Below are positions 24,644-31,873 of a stretch of DNA of 32,000 nt, in pieces (within the stretch, counting starts at the first letter, position 1; the number at the start of each line of letters is the position of its first letter). Source of the stretch: Candidatus Electronema aureum (lineage in GTDB: Bacteria; Desulfobacterota; Desulfobulbia; Desulfobulbales; Desulfobulbaceae); NCBI GenBank assembly GCA_004284765.1, contig NQJD01000013.1, positions 26,415-58,414 of the forward strand. Direction: 5' to 3'. The notes under the pieces are model-generated. The model saw nothing but the letters and a program-made list of their open reading frames with translations. It was not told where the DNA came from and did no database searches. The translations under genes and the position numbers were made by a program.

Positions 24644-26893
24644 ATGAGCAAGAAAACAATTTTGGTCACGGGTGATGTTTGCATCGACTGGAATATTTTA
24701 ACAAATCGGTCTTCTGATCGCAATAATTTTTGGAAATCAGAGGGTGAATGGGCTTCATCAAAACCAGAAGGAGGTGCAGCGTTCCTATTGGGAAAAATAA
24801 TCGAAGAAACATGTGAAGGTGTCGCTGACACTCTCTGCAGGAAATTTAAAGAAACATATCTGAAATCCAATGAACTTGACCACCTTTATACTATTTGGAA
24901 CGAATATGACGTTGACAAAAGCAAAAATGATTCTAACAAGAAGAAAGCTATGAGGATTCAGCAGTATCTTGGTCACAAGCCACGGCGTTCCAACTATCCA
25001 TTTTCTATGGATTTAGAAGATTTGAAAAATGAATCTGATGGTAAAAATATAGAAATTATAATTATTGATGACAAGCGGTTTGGGTTTAGAGGTTCTGAAA
25101 AAGATGAAAAAAAATATATAGATCAAGACAGATATTGGCCAGACTTCTCAAATTCTCAACTAATCATTTTAAGGATGGCTCGGGATTTATGCAAGGGAGA
25201 ATTATGGCAGAATCTTATTACCACACCTGAATACAGCAATAAGTTAATCACGGTGTTCACAGCAACGGATTTACGACATGCAGAGGTGAGAGTCAGCAGA
25301 GAACTTTCGTGGGAGCAAACGATTTCAGATGTTATGAAAGCTCTTACTTCAAAGGAGTTAGAGAGTACTCGTAACTGTAAATATGTCTTAGTGTCTTTTG
25401 ATGCGGCAGGAGTATTAATTTGGTGTCCCAAAAAGTCTACATTGGATGTAGTTTATACTCCTAATTTGATGGAAGGGCAAGCTCAGTTAACTATTGAAGG
25501 TCATATCAATGGGCATACATATTGTCTTATCAGCGCACTTGCCTACTACATAGCAGAGGCAGATAATCCTGATTATGAAAATTTAACGACAATATTGAAT
25601 AACTCAGCATTCATAGGGATTCACACTATGAACGAATTGTATTCAAAAGGCTTTTTTATGGTAAGAAAAAATAATAATGAGAATCCGCTATATTTGTCAA
25701 TTGACTCTCCAGTTAATGTGGTGAAGGATGCTGTTATTACCGCATTCAAGGCATTGAAAGAATCTTCGACAACAGATAAAGATAAGAAGGATGAAGCTGT
25801 TAAGGCATGGGAGAAAAGTTACTCAGCTCTTGCTAAAATTAACGAACTGTCAATAGATAAAGTTTTATCGAAAGATTTCAGTATATTAGACCATCTCTTG
25901 GTAAAAGTAAATGTAAAGGATATTCTTGAGAAAGGAATTGATGAAGCCATGAAGGGTGTTCCTGTTTGTAAGTTCAACAACTTGATTGTTATTGATAGGG
26001 AAGAAATAGAAAGTTTACATAGTATACGTAACATAATACTTGAATATGATCAAAAACGAAAAAACAATTTCAGTATTCAACCGCTCTCCTTAGCCGTCTT
26101 CGGCCCTCCTGGCTCAGGAAAATCATTTGCCGTGAAACAGCTTGCAGAATATCTTACAAAATCTCATACGTTAAAGACCGAACATGAAAAAATAGAGTTT
26201 AATCTATCGCAATTTTCAGATCCAAAAGAAATCATAGAAGCATTTCATCAAGTCCGGGATGCGGTTTTGAGCGGAAAACTCCCCTTCGTATTTTGGGATG
26301 AATTTGACTCTGAATTTGAAGGCAAAAAATTAGGCTGGCTCAAATATTTTCTTGCACCAATGCAGGATGGTACATTCCAAGATGGGCAAATTACGCACCC
26401 TATTGGTTCATGTATTTTCGTTTTTGCCGGAGGCACCTACCATACCTTTTCTGATTTTGTAAACCCATCAAAAAAAGAAGATGGCGACAAAAACAGCAAA
26501 GAGCTACCAGAAAATGATGATAAAAGCAGCAAGAAGCCAGACTTCATGAGCAGACTCAAGGGGCACTTAACCATTAAGGGGATCAATAAAGATATCCGGG
26601 GAAATCATTATAAAATCCGTCGAGCAATTTTGCTTAGAGGGCTTCTGGAAAAGCACGCAAAAACTATCTGGACTAAGAATTTTAAGCAACCTAATATCCA
26701 TCATAGTGTTATCAATGCGTTTATGGATATTGATGAATATAAGAATGGTGCACGGTCCATGGAAGCGATAATCGTCATGAGCCGTTTATCCGGCGAGATG
26801 GAGTTCACAGCCTCTGCTCTTCCACCGAACAGCCAGTTAGATATTCATGTAGACGGCGAGAAGTTTATCAAACTTGCCTATGGCAGCATGTAA
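24644..26893 (+). CDS. 749-aa fusion: ribokinase/HldE-like N-terminal region lacking the GAGD motif, plus a C-terminal AAA+ ATPase
   Basis: ORF 24644..26893(+). The N-terminus is ILVTGDVCIDWNIL...PEGGAAFLLGKII (PfkB-like start). The expected GAGD position reads INGHTYCLISALAYYI. AAA+ core: Walker A LAVFGPPGSGKSFAV (about 26102-26125), Walker B FVFWDEFDS and CIFVFAGGT, then a Lys/Asp-rich insert and a helical lid (PDFMSRLKG, GARSMEAII). Confidence 0.65.
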   Translation: MSKKTILVTGDVCIDWNILTNRSSDRNNFWKSEGEWASSKPEGGAAFLLGKIIEETCEGVADTLCRKFKETYLKSNELDHLYTIWNEYDVDKSKNDSNKKKAMRIQQYLGHKPRRSNYPFSMDLEDLKNESDGKNIEIIIIDDKRFGFRGSEKDEKKYIDQDRYWPDFSNSQLIILRMARDLCKGELWQNLITTPEYSNKLITVFTATDLRHAEVRVSRELSWEQTISDVMKALTSKELESTRNCKYVLVSFDAAGVLIWCPKKSTLDVVYTPNLMEGQAQLTIEGHINGHTYCLISALAYYIAEADNPDYENLTTILNNSAFIGIHTMNELYSKGFFMVRKNNNENPLYLSIDSPVNVVKDAVITAFKALKESSTTDKDKKDEAVKAWEKSYSALAKINELSIDKVLSKDFSILDHLLVKVNVKDILEKGIDEAMKGVPVCKFNNLIVIDREEIESLHSIRNIILEYDQKRKNNFSIQPLSLAVFGPPGSGKSFAVKQLAEYLTKSHTLKTEHEKIEFNLSQFSDPKEIIEAFHQVRDAVLSGKLPFVFWDEFDSEFEGKKLGWLKYFLAPMQDGTFQDGQITHPIGSCIFVFAGGTYHTFSDFVNPSKKEDGDKNSKELPENDDKSSKKPDFMSRLKGHLTIKGINKDIRGNHYKIRRAILLRGLLEKHAKTIWTKNFKQPNIHHSVINAFMDIDEYKNGARSMEAIIVMSRLSGEMEFTASALPPNSQLDIHVDGEKFIKLAYGSM

Positions 26894-26964
26894 CTAATGA
26901 AGACAAGTCAACGTTGCTAAATACATCCAGTAAAATCAGCTCAACAGATGGTCATAAAAGAATA

Positions 26965-27696
26965 ATGCCGCTCACGGCAATTATTCTGGCTGGAGGCAAA
27001 CAAACTCGACTGCGAGACATAGGTCTTTCCTGTCCAAAAGCCTTAGCAGAGTTATCAGGAACGCCTCTGCTCAACTATCAGATTCGGCAGCTTCAACAAG
27101 TTGCAACGTCCATTATTATTGCCGGAGGACGGTTGTCAGATATTTTTTACAGGATATATGCAACTTCTTCTCCTGTTAAAATCTCGCCAGACCCAGTAAT
27201 TGGAACAGGAGTGGCATTATTGGAGGCTGCGAAAATAATTACTGATGATCATCTCATCATCTGCAATGCGGATACGGTCAACGATCTTCCATTGCAGGAT
27301 ATTGTTGATCATTATTTTCTTCACTACGCTTCTTTGTGCATGATCGTCCTGACAAGGCGTGAAGGCGTGCAAAATTCAGGTGCATTTGCTGTAGATGCAA
27401 GCAACCGGGTAATCCGATCCTATGAAGATAGAAACCTTGGATCTCCGCCACACCCTGAAGCTGTATGGCATGGAGCAAGCACCGGTGTGATAATGATGCC
27501 ACGCAGATTGCTGCGCAATGTTCACCCGTTTCAATCGCATTCACTGGAGCAAGATATACTGCCTGAACTTATCTGGCGTGGCAAAGTGTATGCGTTTGAT
27601 AATGGCACTAGTTTTTCATTAGATATCGGAACACCAGAACGGTTCGGCCAGTTTGCTAAAATCAAAAAGGACGTATTGGAATTATTCCAATACTGA
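26965..27696 (+). CDS. Sugar-phosphate nucleotidyltransferase (NTP_transferase family)
   Basis: ORF track 26914..27696(+, TTG). The ATG at 26965 gives MPLTAIILAGGKQTRLRDIGLSCPKALAELSGTPLLNYQI, a G-x-G-x-R-L type NTP loop with PKAL. The start choice is uncertain. Confidence 0.75.
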   Translation: MPLTAIILAGGKQTRLRDIGLSCPKALAELSGTPLLNYQIRQLQQVATSIIIAGGRLSDIFYRIYATSSPVKISPDPVIGTGVALLEAAKIITDDHLIICNADTVNDLPLQDIVDHYFLHYASLCMIVLTRREGVQNSGAFAVDASNRVIRSYEDRNLGSPPHPEAVWHGASTGVIMMPRRLLRNVHPFQSHSLEQDILPELIWRGKVYAFDNGTSFSLDIGTPERFGQFAKIKKDVLELFQY

Positions 27697-27697
27697 T

Positions 27698-27811
27698 AGG
27701 AGTTACGCAGTTGAATTTGCAACTCGTTGATTTTGTTCAACTGGCGGTTTATGCAACCAAAATTCAACTCACTGTAATAATTGAATTTCAGATTTCAACT
27801 GCGTAACTCCT
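27698..27811. repeat. 114-bp MITE-like element, copy B, with perfect 17-bp terminal inverted repeats
   Basis: aggagttacgcagttga (27698-27714) and tcaactgcgtaactcct (27795-27811) are exact reverse complements. The AT-rich core carries reiterated ttcaact/ttgaat submotifs. It starts 2 nt after the nucleotidyltransferase stop and is homologous to 9462-9575. Confidence 0.75.
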
Positions 27812-27930
27812 AACTGAATATACTAATTAATGTCTGTAGTTGTCAGTGCAGAACTTCTTTTTTAAAAATTGTTTGGTGCTGGGAAAAATACCGTAAAGTT
27901 TGTCGGCTGGCAACGGAACCTATCTGGACA

Positions 27931-27967
27931 TAAAAAAGCCCGCAAACCTTTTTCAGGCTGCGGGCTT
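27931..27967 (-). terminator. Rho-independent terminator of ssrA
   Basis: The minus strand reads aagcccgca-gcctgaaaaaggtt-tgcgggctt followed by tttttat, 24 nt downstream of the tmRNA CCA end. Confidence 0.75.
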
Positions 27968-27990
27968 ATGAACTTCTTTCAACTTAATTC

Positions 27991-28347
27991 TGGTGGAGGT
28001 GCCGGGAGTTGAACCCGGGTCCGAAAATACTCCCCTCTCGTCTCTACATGCTTAGTTCCAAGTTAAATCCCGCCTTCAGCTCTCACTTGGAACAGAGGAT
28101 TGCTGAAAGCCGACCTGCTTGATCTCGCCAAGGGGCCGCAGATACTCCCGATGACTATCCCGAAGAGTCGACGCTTTGCTCCAGCTTTACGGGCGCGGGC
28201 TGGGAAAGCGGCACAGCAGACTAAGCTGCTAATGCGTAGTTATAATCGTCTGCGATTATATTTAAGTTCCGCCGTTTTTACGAGCTGACAGAAGGCTCGG
28301 CATGCAACGATGAGCTTGTATATCCCCGTCGAATCCGTTTCACCCCC
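27991..28347 (-). ncRNA. ssrA: tmRNA (SsrA), 357 nt
   Basis: Minus-strand 5' end: GGGGGTGAAACGGATTCGACGGGG. The 3' end is GGGTTCAACTCCCGGCACCTCCACCA (T-arm plus acceptor). The acceptor has the G3-U70 Ala identity pair. The tag ORF GCA GAC GAT TAT AAC TAC GCA TTA GCA GCT TAG (28221-28253) encodes ADDYNYALAA. It lies directly downstream of smpB. Confidence 0.95.
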
Positions 28348-28348
28348 A

Positions 28349-28798
28349 TTATTCTTTATGCCGCAGCATCCGCTGCATTTCACGGGTTGCCTGTTGTTCT
28401 TTCAGCGTTTCCCGCTTGTCGTAAAGTTTCTTACCACGGGCAAGGCCCAATTCCACTTTTGCCTTACCGTTGTCTATAAAATATATCTTGAGCGGAATAA
28501 GCGCAACCCCTTTCTCATTCATTTTGCCGATCAGCTTGCGAATTTCTTGCCGATGCAGGAGCAATTTTCGCACCCGCAGGGGATCGGCGGCTGAATGAGT
28601 ACAAAAATTATACGGCGAAATATGCATATTATAAAGATAAATTTCGCCATTTTTGACAGCTGCATATCCGTCCTTGAGATTGGCTCGCCCAGCCCGCAGC
28701 GACTTTACCTCTGGCCCGTTAAGGATCATTCCCGCCTCCATTGTTTTATCAATATGATAATCATGGAAGGCTTTCTTATTATTGCAGACTATTTTCAT
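28349..28798 (-). CDS. smpB: SsrA-binding protein SmpB
   Basis: ORF 28349..28798(-). Sequence [15 protein letters not shown]...[18 protein letters not shown]...LLLHRQEI...GKKLYDKRE. Its stop is 1 nt from the tmRNA 5' end. Confidence 0.9.
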   Translation of the reverse strand: MKIVCNNKKAFHDYHIDKTMEAGMILNGPEVKSLRAGRANLKDGYAAVKNGEIYLYNMHISPYNFCTHSAADPLRVRKLLLHRQEIRKLIGKMNEKGVALIPLKIYFIDNGKAKVELGLARGKKLYDKRETLKEQQATREMQRMLRHKE

Positions 28799-28804
28799 GG
28801 CAAT

Positions 28805-29497
28805 TCATGCGGTTATCTTGCATAAAGACAGCAAGCCATCGTGTTCAATTTGGGCAGCAACGACAAAATCAAAGATATTGATCCTTAGACACAAATAAAA
28901 ATCTGAACTCGGACTCCAAGGCTGTTTAGGATCGAAAAAACGCTGCGAACAAGGCAATGCTCTTAAAGAGCACTCAATCGACTGCTCATCAAAATTGGCA
29001 TCCAAGAGCAGGCTTTCTAAATAATCGGCGCAGAGATTGTCTTCATCCGACGGGGTTTCTGCCTTCCAACCCATTCTTACTAACGTTACAGTGTCAGGAG
29101 ATTTACTTTTTATATAACGAGCCGTGGCTTTGGCATTAACAAAAGCTCCAGTTACTACCTCCACTGCCTTGCTTGCGTTGACGACACCTTGTGTACCCGC
29201 GTGGGTTGTATGAATAACATTTTTTGAACGTAAGTCAATCAATTTCAACTCGCTGGGCGAATTGCCAAAATCAAAACCATCGAGCTTTTTCCCGTCTCTT
29301 TCGCCGATCAAGACAGGATTCTCAACCTGTTTCTTCAGAGCTAAAGCTTCTTGGATATCATCGACAGGAATTACTCTGTTAGCGTTGTTGTGCAAGCAGT
29401 AACAAACTGTTGAGAAAGCGCGAAACACATCAATGATGACAACAATGCCTTCCGCTTCCTTGGCACCCGCGACGAAATCGTTTTTAACAATTTTCAT
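28805..29497 (-). CDS. comB: 2-phosphosulfolactate phosphatase family protein (ComB-like)
   Basis: ORF 28805..29497(-). Family motifs are VVIIDVFRAFST and LIGERDGKKLDGFDFGNSPSE. Its stop is 6 nt upstream of the smpB start on the same strand. Confidence 0.75.
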   Translation of the reverse strand: MKIVKNDFVAGAKEAEGIVVIIDVFRAFSTVCYCLHNNANRVIPVDDIQEALALKKQVENPVLIGERDGKKLDGFDFGNSPSELKLIDLRSKNVIHTTHAGTQGVVNASKAVEVVTGAFVNAKATARYIKSKSPDTVTLVRMGWKAETPSDEDNLCADYLESLLLDANFDEQSIECSLRALPCSQRFFDPKQPWSPSSDFYLCLRINIFDFVVAAQIEHDGLLSLCKITA

Positions 29498-29530
29498 GCG
29501 TTATCGCTTTGACACCTTGGGCTTGTTCAT

Positions 29531-29589
29531 GAAAAAACAAAGCTCCTGCAAGCAGGTCAGCCAAAAAAACAGCTGCTCTTGCAGGAGCT
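29531..29589 (-). terminator. Rho-independent terminator after the coiled-coil OMP gene
   Basis: A perfect 12-bp inverted repeat, agctcctgcaag (29541-29552) and cttgcaggagct (29578-29589). On the minus strand it is followed by ttgtttttt. The loop is large (25 nt) and contains its own internal T-run. Confidence 0.6.
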
Positions 29590-29614
29590 GGGCAAAAAAC
29601 ATGCGATGCGTGCG

Positions 29615-30496
29615 TCAGAAAGAATATCTCAACGCGGCATTGAAGGAGCTGTTCTTCACATCGTTGAACATCATGTGATCATCATTGCCCAGTTCAATGG
29701 CTGAAGTCCGCATGTATTCGTAACCTACATCGACAGCCATATTGGCAGCAATGTCGTAAGCAACGCCAGCTCCGACCTTGTAAGCGAAACCAGTGTCGCT
29801 GTCTTCATCGTCGTTTTCAAAGGTCACTTCAGCCTTACCTGCGCCCATACCTGCCATGCCGTACACCGACAATGCGTTGCAATTATTACCAAAAATACCG
29901 AAAGCAGGCACTGGCACATGATAGAAACCGTTCAGCATCATGGTCTTAATTGCTATATCTGACAGTCCCTTAGTGGAAAAATCTGATGTCTGTGCAGCCA
30001 ATTCGCCTTCAGCACGGAAATTGCCAAATCTTCGTCCACCAGCCAGCCCGATACCGTAGCCAGTATCAGTCTCACCCGTGAAACCATACTCCGCTTTATC
30101 AACATCCATAGAGCCGCTCCAGATCATCCGAGCAACACCCTTGACGTACCAAGGATTGTACTCATCGGTTTTGCGGGTCTTGAGGGCATTGATTTCGTTG
30201 TCATGCTGATCAAGACGAGCAGAGTTCGCCATAATCTGCTCATCCTGTCGTCCTTGGCCTGACTCTAACGCATTGATTTGCTGATCTTGCCGCCCTTGAT
30301 CAGCTTGAAGCGCGTTGATCTGCTCGTCTTGACGGGCTTGGCTTGAGTTCAATCCGTCAATCTGATCCTGACAATCGCCAGAACAACCTTCTTCTGCTGG
30401 ACCTTTCGGCGGTGCATACTTGGAACCGGCGATGCTATAGCCCGCAGCTGCAAAAAGCAGGACGGAGGCTACTGCCGCGCTCATTATTTTTTTCAT
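29615..30496 (-). CDS. Outer-membrane beta-barrel protein (OmpA-N/porin-like barrel) with N-terminal Gln/Asp-rich coiled-coil repeats
   Basis: ORF track 29615..30661(-), trimmed to the ATG at 30496, which is preceded by ggggaga. The signal peptide is MKKIMSAAVASVLLFAAAGYSIAGS. Repeats are QARQDEQINAL / QADQGRQDQQINAL / ESGQGRQDEQIMAN / SARLDQHDNEINAL. The C-terminal barrel has Gly/aromatic strands and ends AALRYSF. Confidence 0.8.
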   Translation of the reverse strand: MKKIMSAAVASVLLFAAAGYSIAGSKYAPPKGPAEEGCSGDCQDQIDGLNSSQARQDEQINALQADQGRQDQQINALESGQGRQDEQIMANSARLDQHDNEINALKTRKTDEYNPWYVKGVARMIWSGSMDVDKAEYGFTGETDTGYGIGLAGGRRFGNFRAEGELAAQTSDFSTKGLSDIAIKTMMLNGFYHVPVPAFGIFGNNCNALSVYGMAGMGAGKAEVTFENDDEDSDTGFAYKVGAGVAYDIAANMAVDVGYEYMRTSAIELGNDDHMMFNDVKNSSFNAALRYSF

Positions 30497-30892
30497 GTTC
30501 TCCCCTTTTATTCTGATTGTTCTGTCGTTGCCGAACCGCTTCAGCATAGAGTCTCTTCTCATTAATGATAATGGCAAGATGGATGAAAAGCAAGAGGAAT
30601 CGATACGGTCTAATTTTTTGCACCGCGCTGATTCCTTTTTGATTATACTGATAATTTGCAAACAAGAACAGAAGCAGATACGGCTTTTTTTACTTTATTT
30701 TCAGGTAAGGAAACAATTTTTAATACCGCTGCGGTCATTGCCTTTATCGGAGGCGATGAATATCATCAATACTGAACAAAGTCAGTACAATGCTGGCCGA
30801 CAGAGAGCAGATATTTTTCCGAGGAATTCTTGCTGAGATCAGATAAACGAAACAACAGGGAAAAAACTATCCTGTAATTCTCTGAAAGTACT

Positions 30893-30969
30893 TGGTGGGC
30901 GAGGCGGGATTCGAACCCGCGACCTTTGGCTTCGGAGGCCAACACTCTATCCATCTGAGCTACCCGCCC
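30893..30969 (-). tRNA. tRNA-Arg (anticodon CCG), CCA encoded
   Basis: The minus strand reads GGGCGGGTAGCTCAGATGGATAGAGTGTTGGCCTCCGAAGCCAAAGGTCGCGGGTTCGAATCCCGCCTCGCCCACCA. A cloverleaf folds by hand: 7-bp acceptor with one G-U pair, anticodon stem TTGGC/GCCAA, loop CTCCGAA giving anticodon CCG, and T-loop TTCGAAT. Confidence 0.9.
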
Positions 30970-31129
30970 TAAAGGTGAGGTGATGCTTTTGACAGCTTCT
31001 GTAGCATCTCAGCTGACAATATAGTATTATTTATGGGAAGCTGTAAATAAAAAACTGTGCCGAATATCAATTCTACACCCGCACGTTTTCGGCAGACCTG
31101 CCTGTTTTGCCTTTTCGGAACCGTATATT

Positions 31130-31831
31130 GTGAAAGAAAAAATACTCGAACTCGCTTTAATTGTCCTGTTGTTACTACTCGCCAGCATTGCCCTTTGGTT
31201 GACCGATGCGGACCGTTTGGCAATTGCCTCGTGGGTGCCACGCGACCTATCGGTTGCTGCTGTACTGCCCGCCTCAAGCTGGGCTTGGCCTGCTGGCAAC
31301 GTTTTTCCGTGGAATATTCTGTATCGTTGGGCAGCTGTTCCCGCAACGCTTATTTCTATTTTTGCGCTGGCCGTGCTTTTGCTCGGCTTTTTTACCCATC
31401 GATACGCTGCATGGCGTAGATCAGCAGTGTTCATTCTTCTGTTCATCGCCCTTGGCCCTGGTCTGATCGTCAATGTCCTACTGAAGGAGCATTTTGGACG
31501 GGCGCGACCGAGGGAAATTGTTGAATTCGGCGGGAGCCATCAATTCACCCAATTTTGGCAGCCGGGCGATGCTGGTGAGAACAGCTCCTTTCCGAGCGGC
31601 CATGCGGCGATTGCCTTTTGTGTAATGGCCCCTTGGTTTGCGCTGCGAGAGAAGCATCGGGTCGCTGCCGTAGGCTTTCTCATACTGGGCACAATCTTTG
31701 GCTCTTTGGTCGGAATAGCCCGTATTCTTCAAGGAGGACATTTTGTTAGCGATATTTTATGGGCAGGTGGACTGATATACCTCATAGGCGGAGCATTAGC
31801 CCTGCTTATGAGAATAAGCTGCGTAAAGTAA
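31130..31831 (+). CDS. PAP2-family membrane phosphatase (PgpB/LpxE-like)
   Basis: ORF 31130..31831(+, GTG start). It has several TM helices and the three PAP2 motifs: KEHFGRARP (KxxxxxxRP), SFPSGHA (PSGH) and ARILQGGHFVSD (SRxxxxxHxxxD-like). Confidence 0.85.
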   Translation: MKEKILELALIVLLLLLASIALWLTDADRLAIASWVPRDLSVAAVLPASSWAWPAGNVFPWNILYRWAAVPATLISIFALAVLLLGFFTHRYAAWRRSAVFILLFIALGPGLIVNVLLKEHFGRARPREIVEFGGSHQFTQFWQPGDAGENSSFPSGHAAIAFCVMAPWFALREKHRVAAVGFLILGTIFGSLVGIARILQGGHFVSDILWAGGLIYLIGGALALLMRISCVK

Positions 31832-31873
31832 TTATGCTCTGCTCAGTATCACCGCAAATGATTCCGAGAAGCC

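Noticed and set aside
20965-28347. A bona fide ssrA-targeting integrative island or prophage.
   Set aside because: There is no integrase, excisionase, phage or conjugation gene. No direct repeat of the tmRNA 3' end was found at the far border. Only compositional evidence and hotspot location remain; these are reported as a lower-confidence finding.
28310-28594. A 94-aa plus-strand ORF, and 28100..28288, overlapping ssrA and smpB.
   Set aside because: They overlap the tmRNA gene and the antisense strand of the well-supported smpB. There are no motifs and no RBS.
30969-31473. Minus-strand ORFs 30969..31346 and 31027..31473, and plus-strand 31057..31419, near the PAP2 gene.
   Set aside because: They overlap the PAP2 CDS, which has all three phosphatase motifs and coherent TM helices, or the tRNA promoter region. 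Their products are Arg/Gln-rich with no recognisable features.
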